Of a stretch of 64,000 bases of DNA, positions 10,805 to 19,670 are shown one piece after another. The position numbers were made by a program, and so were the translations under genes. Numbering within the stretch: position 1 is the first letter of the stretch; the number at the start of each line of letters is the position of its first letter. This stretch comes from a virus (lineage: Duplodnaviria > Heunggongvirae > Uroviricota > Caudoviricetes), in IMG/VR virus record IMGVR_UViG_2651870364_000001, positions 1 through 64,000 of that record; one strand, written 5' to 3'. The notes under the pieces were generated by a model. That model saw only the letters and a program-made list of their open reading frames with translations, was not told where the DNA came from and ran no database searches.

Positions 10805-11143
10805 ATCTCTTTCCTCTACTTTCTTTGTATGTCTTCTTTTCAGTTACATTATATATATGGTTTTTCGATTATAAGGACAAAGAAAAAAATTTCTACTTAT
10901 TTTTTCTTATGACCTTATATATATATAATGTGGAAGATGAAGAAAGCAGGATGAACCCAGAGATATTAATTCAAACATCTTTATTATTGGCTTTATCATT
11001 ATACTAGCCCCATCCCCTCGAAGACATTCTAATTCTAGCAAAAAAAAAAAAACAACAACCTTCAGAAAATAAGTTCCAAAAATAGTGATATGATTTTGAA
11101 AAAATGGCATAAAGTCTTGAATTATCAATATTAGCGAGAGATA

Positions 11144-11761
11144 TTAATTAGACATTATATTGTGTTTTGTCCATTGAAAGTACTCGTTATAAGCATCATA
11201 TCTACTCTGGATTGTATCGATATTCTTTTCATTCTTCTTGCACCAATCAACAAAACAGTTCCAGTATTGACAGTTACCGAATTCAGGGCACCCTGCTCTA
11301 TAGATACAGTTAGGAACTAAGACAGCAGCCTCCAGAGGATTAGTCTCAGAGAGTTTAATTTTAAAGTCTTCTGCCAAGCGCCTTGCTTCGCCTGCGGCTT
11401 GCATACAGAGTCTTTTTCTGAAGGCATCAATCAGGTTCTGCATATTAGCATAACCGTCGAATGATACCCTGGCATCTTGAGGAGCCTTATTCCGATCATA
11501 CTTATCTTGACGATCGTTTCTCTGGCTGGAGATAAACTTCTCGAACTTATATCTACTCCATTCAGTAGATACCCAGTATTTAATGTTCTGCCATGACCAA
11601 TCGAATTCAATAAGCCGGATTGGGGAATGCTCTGCAATGAGCATTGCCTTAACGAATTTCTCGGTTGGCTCTTTCTCTGTAAATTTCTTTCCTACTGTTG
11701 TCCGGCAATGATTCTTTACAGCCTTCCAATCATCAATAATACGGTTAAATGTTGTTTTCAT
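11144..11761 (-). CDS. Hypothetical protein (Cys-rich C-terminus)
   Basis: A 205-aa ORF. No confident family assignment. Confidence 0.45.
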   Translation of the reverse strand: MKTTFNRIIDDWKAVKNHCRTTVGKKFTEKEPTEKFVKAMLIAEHSPIRLIEFDWSWQNIKYWVSTEWSRYKFEKFISSQRNDRQDKYDRNKAPQDARVSFDGYANMQNLIDAFRKRLCMQAAGEARRLAEDFKIKLSETNPLEAAVLVPNCIYRAGCPEFGNCQYWNCFVDWCKKNEKNIDTIQSRYDAYNEYFQWTKHNIMSN

Positions 11762-12056
11762 CTTTCCTTCTTTCTAAGACCCGCAGGTCTACTTTATATT
11801 GACCGATGAATCTATCTAAGAATTCCTCAGTTGTGTATTCTTTTTCGTGTCGGCAATTCCCGTCACATCCTCTAGGTAATCCATCGTATATAACTGGAAT
11901 ATGCTTCTGGCAATTGTCACACATGAGACAATTACCCAATTCCGTTTCCTTTAATGTGTTGGCTAACAATAGAATTAACTCCTTGTCATCCATGTCAGTT
12001 TCCAATAAAATTGGACTTTCATTTACTTTTGTGGCAGACATTAGTATTCCTCCCAA
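11745..12056 (-). CDS. Hypothetical Cys-rich (zinc-binding?) protein
   Basis: Contains CxxC...C...C (CLMCDNCQKH...GCDGNCRHE). Overlaps the downstream gene by 17 nt. Confidence 0.4.
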   Translation of the reverse strand: MGGILMSATKVNESPILLETDMDDKELILLLANTLKETELGNCLMCDNCQKHIPVIYDGLPRGCDGNCRHEKEYTTEEFLDRFIGQYKVDLRVLERRKDENNI

Positions 12057-12232
12057 TGAGTATTAAATTCTTGTTTTGAAATCAAAAAAGTGATAGTACC
12101 CTGTCGGCTAAGTCGTATTTCGTTGTCTTTTACCTCAGCTTTCCATCTCTGCTGAGGACTAATCGTGAGAGTACAATCACCAAACTGGTACAAAAGTGAA
12201 GTTATTGATTTAACAATCATCGAAAGCTCCTT

Positions 12233-12520
12233 TCATATTTTATTCTGTTCATTAATTGTTTTATCAATCTTATCTCGCATATTCCCATTTAATTTGTCTA
12301 ATTCATCAATTCTATCCCAAGACTTTTCAAGTTGATGCTTTAGTGTTTCATACCCCGATTGTAATAAATCATATTTCTTTCGCTCTACTACATCTGCGGT
12401 AGGTGTTCCACACACCATTTCTTCAACAATATTATCAATTAAAGTTGCAAGCCTACCATATTCTGCTTTCCTTTTCATTACTACATTGTGAAGGTCTCCT
12501 ACATTTATATATCTACTCAT
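12233..12520 (-). CDS. Hypothetical protein
   Basis: A 95-aa ORF, translationally coupled (4-nt overlap) to the upstream 200-aa ORF. Confidence 0.4.
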   Translation of the reverse strand: MSRYINVGDLHNVVMKRKAEYGRLATLIDNIVEEMVCGTPTADVVERKKYDLLQSGYETLKHQLEKSWDRIDELDKLNGNMRDKIDKTINEQNKI

Positions 12521-13119
12521 TCTTCGCCCTCCATTTCCGCCTTGTATGCTTTTGGTAATGGCATCCAGGCATCTACATCTACGATTTCATGGTTCTCAAA
12601 ACTGTAATAATCTTCGTCAAAAATATCCTCTGACACATATCCGTTGGAACTTACAAGCACCTCTTGTCCGTTCTCCGGCATTTCGCTTTCAATCATAAAG
12701 CAAAGTTCTTCGCCATTTTGTGTAAAATAGCTGTCCTTTTCATCCTGAGTCGCCTCTCTGTAAACTATCGGGATCCATCTCTGTGTAGGTGTCACAGGTG
12801 GCAACCCTGCTACTTTTGATTTGATGCCGGTAAAGGCTATTCTCGTATCTGCGTTATCACTTTTTGTGTCAGATAACCACTTGTCCTCGAACCTCACAAT
12901 ATCAAGTACTGCCTGTCTACTCACACAATCTTCACACGGCTCTTCTCCAATAAGAACATTAATATTAGCAAGTATCTGTAATAAATTCCAAGGCTCACCA
13001 TTATACTCTTTATCCATCTCACAGAATCTTTCAAGCAAGGCTCTTTTAGTTACTAGAGTGTCGCCCTCTTTGAGAATCTGCTCCTTTAGCTCGTTAAGGT
13101 CTTTTTCATATTCTGTCAT
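12517..13119 (-). CDS. Hypothetical protein
   Basis: A 200-aa ORF with an acidic C-terminus. Confidence 0.45.
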   Translation of the reverse strand: MTEYEKDLNELKEQILKEGDTLVTKRALLERFCEMDKEYNGEPWNLLQILANINVLIGEEPCEDCVSRQAVLDIVRFEDKWLSDTKSDNADTRIAFTGIKSKVAGLPPVTPTQRWIPIVYREATQDEKDSYFTQNGEELCFMIESEMPENGQEVLVSSNGYVSEDIFDEDYYSFENHEIVDVDAWMPLPKAYKAEMEGEE

Positions 13120-13578
13120 CTTTTTTTACCTCTTTTATCCATTTAAGAGTTCCAACAGCAAACCCTATAAGAAATCCACATATCGGTATAATCAATCCTG
13201 CAACTATTATCATTCCCTATCCTCGCTTTCCTCTCTTATAATACATGCAATTTCAAAACCTGATACGATACCAACAAATAAAATAAAAATTTCTTTAAGT
13301 ACAAGTACCATTAGTTTACCTCACTTTCTGAAATACCTACAAAACCATCCATGCAACCATGGTATATTGAACCTCTTAATTTTTCCAAACATCTTGCATT
13401 TCCAAGATTTCTTTCCCGTCAAACTCACGCACCTGAATCTACAAGTATTACACGTCTTCACTCTTTTGACCTCTTTTCTTCTCTGCATTTATTATAATAT
13501 GAGCAATATCTAAATCTAATAATAAATCTAATAAGAAATTACAAAGTACAATAAATAAATCTTTAATCGCAGATACCA

Positions 13579-13854
13579 TCATTCCACCTCGCTTCTCGCC
13601 TTGTACTTGTCGATAACTTCAAGACAATAATTAATACCGTCAAGGAATTCTGTTTTACCATGAATTTCTTGTTCATATGCTCTTGTGTCAATTATCTCGG
13701 CTCTTATCTTGTTCAAAATAGAATCCTGCATCCTTTTCTTAATCTCTACAATAATGTCATCACGATAGTCCCTATAATATGAGGTATATCCGCAATAACT
13801 TAACGCATATATAAGTGCGTCATTTGTTGCGGTTTTAAGTTCTTCTCTTGTCAT
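13579..13854 (-). CDS. Hypothetical protein (C-terminus ...EVIDKYKARSEVE)
   Basis: A 91-aa ORF. A 26-nt segment at its 3' end is repeated at 52654-52679 (see findings). Confidence 0.4.
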   Translation of the reverse strand: MTREELKTATNDALIYALSYCGYTSYYRDYRDDIIVEIKKRMQDSILNKIRAEIIDTRAYEQEIHGKTEFLDGINYCLEVIDKYKARSEVE

Positions 13855-13969
13855 TTTTCATTCTCCATTTTCTTGTACTTGTCTCATCTCTTTCATTTGC
13901 CTATAATAAACCCAATGGCAAAACCTATAAGGAATGCACATGCCGGCATAATCATTACTGCAATTGTAA

Positions 13970-14215
13970 TCATTCTTCTACCTCTTCAATCAGCTTATCT
14001 AAGACAGATAATACATCCGCCCTGTCAATGTATATTCCATCGTAAGTAGACCAGTTTTCAATTTCCTCTCTAGCCTGCTCTACCTTCTCCAATGGAATAG
14101 CCTTTACTTCTTCGGCTTCATTGATCTGGCTCTGTGAAAACGACACAAATCCATCATAGTAGTCGCTCCACTCAGTGTCCGGCTCTAACTCGTCCGCATT
14201 GATTAACTTACTCAT
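13970..14215 (-). CDS. Hypothetical acidic protein
   Basis: An 81-aa ORF with a 4-nt overlap with the next gene. Confidence 0.35.
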   Translation of the reverse strand: MSKLINADELEPDTEWSDYYDGFVSFSQSQINEAEEVKAIPLEKVEQAREEIENWSTYDGIYIDRADVLSVLDKLIEEVEE

Positions 14216-14481
14216 GCTTCCTCGCTTTCCTCTATTCTTTTCTTTGCTTCTTCATATGTTGCATAGCATTTATTTGCATAATGAACATACATATCAACAC
14301 CTTCATCTTCCAATGTTTCCTCGCACATTGTGTGAAGTTGGTCTACGATTCCATGGCAGTGACGGTATTCTGATGTGCCGATAATAAATTGTCCTTGTCG
14401 TGCTATAAAAATATATCTAGTGGCTTCACCATAATCATCTTCTGTATAATACACATCACCCAGTTGTAAATTACTTACCAT
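14212..14481 (-). CDS. Hypothetical protein
   Basis: An 89-aa ORF. Confidence 0.35.
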   Translation of the reverse strand: MVSNLQLGDVYYTEDDYGEATRYIFIARQGQFIIGTSEYRHCHGIVDQLHTMCEETLEDEGVDMYVHYANKCYATYEEAKKRIEESEEA

Positions 14482-14710
14482 TTACTTTTCCCTCGCTTTC
14501 CTTGTATGGTTGGCAGAAATGTCTATCAAACCAATTAACGTATGGATGACAACCACAAGTTACACACTTTTTCGATTGGCACACATTGTTCTCTGGGCAA
14601 TAGTAACCACAATCTTTACAAGCATTTTTCTTAAACCACTGAATTAACTTGCTCATTCTTCCCCCACTCCCGCTTTCTACCAACATACTCCTATATACCA
14701 TTTGCCCCAT
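14471..14710 (-). CDS. Hypothetical Cys-rich zinc-ribbon protein
   Basis: Contains CKDCGYYCPENNVCQSKKCVTCGC. Confidence 0.35.
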   Translation of the reverse strand: MGQMVYRSMLVESGSGGRMSKLIQWFKKNACKDCGYYCPENNVCQSKKCVTCGCHPYVNWFDRHFCQPYKESEGKVNGK

Positions 14711-14798
14711 GCTAACTCTAATGTTCGATACAAGCCATCACCGTTGTGGATCAAGATTGTCGGGAAAATGTAAAAGTCTCTTATGTATGTTCCTCTTA

Positions 14799-15257
14799 TC
14801 ATTGTTCCTCCCCGATCCTTTTTAACTGCTCTTTAATTTTTGCATCTTTCCATTTGTCAATAAATCGTTGACATTCTAACAAGTGTTTTACTTCATCAAT
14901 GCAGATTTCCACGTCCGCAATTTCTTCATAAAGCTTATCTGCCAATACCTTATTTGTAGGGTAACCATAACCACCAGCGACTCTGTATAACATACTGATG
15001 GCCTGTGTTAACTCTGCCATTTTTCCAATGAGTATATGTGTCTGGGAATCCAAACCATAATGCTCTGCAATCTTTTTAATATTTTCAGAAAAGGCATTAT
15101 CTTGATTGTGCTGCCTGTTACTAAAAAGACGAACTTCATCTTTGTTGCACCATTTGATCCAGGCACCGCAATCCAGACAATATAATCCAATCTGAGTTCC
15201 TTTTGTTTCGATTCCTACGTTTTTTGAACCACATTTATTGCAAGTGTAATGCTTCAT
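14799..15257 (-). CDS. MazG-like nucleotide pyrophosphohydrolase with an N-terminal zinc ribbon
   Basis: Has an N-terminal C..C...C..C motif. The helical core carries a MazG-like EExxE/D pattern (LIGKMAELTQAI...LYEEIADVEICIDEV). Confidence 0.45.
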   Translation of the reverse strand: MKHYTCNKCGSKNVGIETKGTQIGLYCLDCGAWIKWCNKDEVRLFSNRQHNQDNAFSENIKKIAEHYGLDSQTHILIGKMAELTQAISMLYRVAGGYGYPTNKVLADKLYEEIADVEICIDEVKHLLECQRFIDKWKDAKIKEQLKRIGEEQ

Positions 15258-15322
15258 ATTTTCTCCTTTTTAAAAAAGGGGTTCCGAAGAACCCCTATAT
15301 TAAGCTGCATGTGTGTATATAT

Positions 15323-16210
15323 TTATTTTCGAAGATCAACAATAGATTGGCCGCCACTGACAGTAGGCATCTTGCCATCCCATTTATTAATCTTGTTCTG
15401 CTCGATGAGCTTATCGGTCAAACTATTCGAAATCGTCTTATTTGCCTTTGCTTCTGCTTCGGCCTCAACCTTCTTCTTCTTTGCATTGATCTCCGCAACC
15501 TGAAGATCCTTGTCTGCATTAACTTTTGCAGTCTTAGCCTTTACCTGAGCAGTTTCAAGTTCCTGCTGAGCGGTAACCTTTTTCTGAATTGCTTTCATTG
15601 TCTGCTTATCCGCAGAAATACGAGTAAAGTTAACAGTATCGATCACGATACCATACTTAGCAAACTTGTCTGTAAGATAAGTGTCAAGCTCACTGTTAAT
15701 CTCGTCTCTCTTATCTCCAAGGATCTGTGTTACGGGATACTTAGCAGTTACTTCCTGAGACCAAGCAATCATCTTTGGCTTAATGAAGGTGTCAAGGATA
15801 TCCTGACCATCTCTTCCCTTAAATTTAACAAATGTATCAGCAATCTGGTTCTCGTCAAATCTATATGAGAACTCTAAATCACAGTTAACTGTCTTACCGT
15901 CCGAAGTAGGAACATTGAAAGAATCATTCTTCTTTGAATCTCCCTTGCTGCTCTTGGTAAGATAGCTCTGCTCTACCCCGATAGAGTATTTAATAACCTT
16001 CTTGCCAGGAGCTACAATATGCCAGCCCTGCCCAAGTGTCTTATCCTGAATACCACCATTCATGCTGTACACCACTCCAACATACCCAGCCGGTACTTTG
16101 GATGTACACGCAGCCAGCATAATCAAACAGACTACAATCAGAAATCCTAACACGATTGCTCCAATAAATCCTGATGTTTTACTCATCGTCTTTTTCTCCT
16201 TTTCTTCCAA
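15323..16210 (-). CDS. SPFH/band-7 (prohibitin/stomatin-like) membrane protein
   Basis: An N-terminal TM helix (IGAIVLGFLIVVCLIMLAA) is followed by an SPFH-like domain and a C-terminal Lys/Ala-rich coiled coil. Confidence 0.55.
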   Translation of the reverse strand: MEEKEKKTMSKTSGFIGAIVLGFLIVVCLIMLAACTSKVPAGYVGVVYSMNGGIQDKTLGQGWHIVAPGKKVIKYSIGVEQSYLTKSSKGDSKKNDSFNVPTSDGKTVNCDLEFSYRFDENQIADTFVKFKGRDGQDILDTFIKPKMIAWSQEVTAKYPVTQILGDKRDEINSELDTYLTDKFAKYGIVIDTVNFTRISADKQTMKAIQKKVTAQQELETAQVKAKTAKVNADKDLQVAEINAKKKKVEAEAEAKANKTISNSLTDKLIEQNKINKWDGKMPTVSGGQSIVDLRK

Positions 16211-16354
16211 AATCTTTATTGATATTAGTTTTTGCGTCCTGAATAATTAACTTAATGAAAAGTCCGATGACCGGAAATGCGAAGGAAAACAAAAACCAAA
16301 TTACAATAGCAAGAACAATAATCAAAAAATAGAATGTAACCATCTTATTACCTT

Positions 16355-16567
16355 TCATTCATCACAGTTTACAGACTGTTCATAAGCAGAATCACGGTTA
16401 TCCAGAGCTATGTCTAACGCACTCTTTATTGTATAGCTCTGCTCAAAGCACTCTTCGCAGAGGAGTTCGCCCTCCTGCTCATATGCATCTTCTGAAAGCT
16501 GTATATTTCTTCCACATATAGAGCAGTGAGGAGTGAACTTATCTAACGGCTCATCATAGATATCCAT
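16355..16567 (-). CDS. Small zinc-ribbon protein
   Basis: Contains HCSICGRN...LLCEEC. Confidence 0.35.
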   Translation of the reverse strand: MDIYDEPLDKFTPHCSICGRNIQLSEDAYEQEGELLCEECFEQSYTIKSALDIALDNRDSAYEQSVNCDE

Positions 16568-17004
16568 TACCGAATACCCGTAGAACCGAAACCGCCACGA
16601 TTCTTACCAAGTAACCGTTCTACCTGAGAGAATAAAAGCTTCGGCTGGTGTTTCTGAATACGGAACTGACATACTCGATCTCCAGCTCTGATAGCCTCAT
16701 CTCTAGTAGCATATACCGGCATCATCCACTGATCATTGTCTCCGCAGTAGGTCTCATCTACTACACCAATACCGTTAGTCTGAATGATTCCCCATTTTTT
16801 AAATGTTGAAGACCTGGGAGCAATAATAGCTTCATAACCCTTTGGTAACTTCATTGCGATACCAAGGGGAATCAATTTAAAATCGCCTTTCTTCAGAATT
16901 ACATCGGTAGCTGCGTGAAGGTCGATCCAGTCACCCTTGGTGATCTTAGCCAGATGAATTGAATCTTCCTTGATGTACTTGATTAAAATCTTCTTTTTGA
17001 ACAT
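16567..17004 (-). CDS. dut: dUTP diphosphatase (dUTPase)
   Basis: Trimeric dUTPase motifs are present (IAPRSS, GVVDETYCGDNDQW, RVCQFRI). Length 145 aa. Confidence 0.75.
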   Translation of the reverse strand: MFKKKILIKYIKEDSIHLAKITKGDWIDLHAATDVILKKGDFKLIPLGIAMKLPKGYEAIIAPRSSTFKKWGIIQTNGIGVVDETYCGDNDQWMMPVYATRDEAIRAGDRVCQFRIQKHQPKLLFSQVERLLGKNRGGFGSTGIR

Positions 17005-18210
17005 TTAATTCTTACCTTTCTTCTTTCTGAGTAAATACTTGTTGCTAACGTTTTTAAAGCTTCGCTTTCCATCAGAGGTTCGATAAACGATACCTTCACG
17101 GATAACATTTTCATTTAACTTGCTCTGTCCGTCCGCTGAAGCTTTAAGATCGTCCATAGAGTCTGGTAAATAGGTTGATCCTAAGAACGGTACTGTGGTT
17201 AAGCCATAACATTCACAGAACATATTCATCTCTGTATTACCTAAACGAATCATCTCACCGTTTATATCAAGATAGAGATTGAAAACAAACAGTTCTCTCT
17301 CTTCTAACTTATAATGATTTCCCTGTATCCCCGGTCCGGCACATTCGCCCTGGAGAATAATACGAGGAATGTCTTTCTTTTTTGCCAGTGCCTCAAGGAT
17401 TTCTTTGATATCATATTTTGCAGCCATTTCCCAGTAAGTATTATCCTTTGAGAGAAGCTTTCTGTTACGGCTACAAACACCAAAGTCATAGGACTTACCA
17501 TTCTTTTCAATATAGAATGTACAGGACGTTCCATCGACTTTTTCAGTCATGTTCCATGGCTGACGATCCTGAAGAATTTCGGGAATATTTTCAGCTCTTG
17601 TCTCATCAGTCTTCTTAATCCAATTTGGAAACGGCTCCCATCCAATAACATCTCTGTGATGCTTTAGATAATAGTTAATGATAAGATTCTTGAGCAAACC
17701 GAACTTCATAAGGAACTTCAGAATATGGTTCTTTGAAGCTTCTTTCTTCAGAACGGCTTTGATAAAATCTTCAGAAGAATAATTCTTCTTTAGAGCTGCA
17801 TCTGTGCTATCTAAATACGTGATGCGAAGCTCCTTTGTTACATCCTGTCCGATTTCTGCGTTCTGAATCTCCGGGAAAAGACTTAATGGAAGAGCTAAAC
17901 CCTGACTGATAATTCCACCTTCAAATTTATTAAGTCTCATAGTCTTGACCTTGAACTTTCTAGATTCAAGGAACCCAAACCTTAAATCGTCACTTGGAAC
18001 AAGACTGTCGATCTCGATATAGACCGCCTTATCTCCGACCTTAAACTCACCTTTTCGAGCGATACACTGCCAGCCTAGTACGGTAATAAGTTCGATGTTA
18101 TCCGCCCCTTCAATAGGTCTAACTGAACGAACCAACTCTACATGAGCCAATGCTCGATCCATTACCGAATCCCCCTTTCCCAATGAATATATCCATCTGC
18201 AACGATCCAA
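17005..18210 (-). CDS. ATP-dependent RNA/DNA ligase family protein (RNA-ligase-like)
   Basis: Has the nucleotidyltransferase motif I KxDG (TEKVDGTSCT) and an N-terminal OB-like region. A separate NAD-dependent ligase is also present. Confidence 0.5.
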   Translation of the reverse strand: MDRCRWIYSLGKGDSVMDRALAHVELVRSVRPIEGADNIELITVLGWQCIARKGEFKVGDKAVYIEIDSLVPSDDLRFGFLESRKFKVKTMRLNKFEGGIISQGLALPLSLFPEIQNAEIGQDVTKELRITYLDSTDAALKKNYSSEDFIKAVLKKEASKNHILKFLMKFGLLKNLIINYYLKHHRDVIGWEPFPNWIKKTDETRAENIPEILQDRQPWNMTEKVDGTSCTFYIEKNGKSYDFGVCSRNRKLLSKDNTYWEMAAKYDIKEILEALAKKKDIPRIILQGECAGPGIQGNHYKLEERELFVFNLYLDINGEMIRLGNTEMNMFCECYGLTTVPFLGSTYLPDSMDDLKASADGQSKLNENVIREGIVYRTSDGKRSFKNVSNKYLLRKKKGKN

Positions 18211-18335
18211 GCTCCCTCAGTTGATAACAGTTGGGAAATTGTAATTACATCCTGAATAGATGGATCTTCGCTGCTGATAACTTCTTTAATTTTACTTCCT
18301 GTCATCATTAACATATGTACTTTTTTCCTCCGTGA

Positions 18336-18746
18336 TTAGTCAGCAGCCTTTAAAGCTGATACTAATTTATTAATTAAATCGTCTGTAGTAACTTTGTTAA
18401 CGTTTCTCCTGAACTTCTTATGTCTTACACAAGGCTTAGAAGGATGATTCTGAATAGACTCTTCTCTTTCCTGAATCTTACTGCGTACTGCCTCATCCTT
18501 TGCTGCCACAAGATCATCAGAATAGTCGAAAACAAATACACATTTCGCTGGGTTATAACGGTTCTTCTTTAATGCCTTGATTGCATATCCCTTCTCAAGG
18601 AGAACCTGAGCTAACCACCAGTTCTTGATTACGATTGTGTCAGGTGTTACATTTGTTACTTCTGTGTTAGTTGCTTCGTTTGGCATTTTTAAATTCCTCC
18701 ATTTAATATTAAAGACTGTATGTGCTAATATGAATCGGTCTTGCAC
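18336..18746 (-). CDS. Hypothetical protein
   Basis: A 136-aa ORF. Confidence 0.35.
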   Translation of the reverse strand: MQDRFILAHTVFNIKWRNLKMPNEATNTEVTNVTPDTIVIKNWWLAQVLLEKGYAIKALKKNRYNPAKCVFVFDYSDDLVAAKDEAVRSKIQEREESIQNHPSKPCVRHKKFRRNVNKVTTDDLINKLVSALKAAD

Positions 18747-19038
18747 CGATTTTTTTTAATAGTTGCGCTACTCTTTTATGTAGATAAAAATAAAAAGGAT
18801 CATTTGCATCTCGCCGGTAAAACAGTGGATAAGTAATATCAGATAACGTTTTCACCTCGATCCGGACTTCTTTGGTTTCTGTGTCGACATACATATTACA
18901 GACGACATCTGTACCAATGATAGAAGTTCGTTTTAACCAATCCCCATCACGCGTTACTTTAAAGCCAGCAGCAAATAATGACTGGAACGACTTGTTTGTT
19001 TTCCACTGATAATCCAGCAAGTTTACAAATGATTTCAT
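18709..19038 (-). CDS. Hypothetical protein
   Basis: A 109-aa ORF. Confidence 0.35.
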   Translation of the reverse strand: MKSFVNLLDYQWKTNKSFQSLFAAGFKVTRDGDWLKRTSIIGTDVVCNMYVDTETKEVRIEVKTLSDITYPLFYRRDANDPFYFYLHKRVAQLLKKIGARPIHISTYSL

Positions 19039-19136
19039 GCCTTCTCCTTTTTAATTTTCACCACTCTGTATAAACATTTTCAGCACTCGCCGTGCTATGA
19101 TTACAGTATATTTAATTTTCACGTCCGCGTCAACAC

Positions 19137-19670
19137 TTAATTAATATATTTTATAACTTTTCTTGGTGTGCTCTTCTTAACATCAATAATGCGTTGATTA
19201 GAAGACCCTCGATATTTCAAGTTCATATCCTTTAATTGCTCCATATACTGACCATCTACAAGAATGTCTACATTCTTAATGACAGATCTACGAAGTTTAT
19301 TAATCTCCTTGTCACGGCTGAATAATCTTTTCTTCATGATGTTCTCATAAGTATATCCGGTGTACAACCAAATCTTAATTTCATTACCATAATGTCGTCG
19401 GAAGCACTTTATAATTTCAGCGATCTTTTCAACATTATATTCAGCTAATGGTTCTCCACCAAGAATAGAAAACCTTTTAATACCAGGTTCATCTGCAAAA
19501 AAAAGCAAATCGAGCATATCTCCACTCTTAAACGGCTTACCGCCTTTTGGATCCCAAGTAGAAGAATTAAAACACCCTTTGCAGTGTATAGGGCACCCCT
19601 GGACGAAAAGGGCTATTCCTAAGCCCTCTCCGTTAGAGATGTCCATCTTCCTAATTGAAGCGTAATTCAT
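19137..19670 (-). CDS. nrdG: Anaerobic ribonucleoside-triphosphate reductase activating protein (radical SAM)
   Basis: Has a CxxxCxxC radical-SAM motif (CPIHCKGCFN). It is 177 aa and lies immediately downstream of nrdD with a 4-nt overlap. Confidence 0.8.
   Translation of the reverse strand: MNYASIRKMDISNGEGLGIALFVQGCPIHCKGCFNSSTWDPKGGKPFKSGDMLDLLFFADEPGIKRFSILGGEPLAEYNVEKIAEIIKCFRRHYGNEIKIWLYTGYTYENIMKKRLFSRDKEINKLRRSVIKNVDILVDGQYMEQLKDMNLKYRGSSNQRIIDVKKSTPRKVIKYIN

Noticed and set aside
11144-11761. Second ThyX-like gene
   Set aside because: Only a vague HSP/SRY resemblance. No RHR...S or other ThyX motifs are present.
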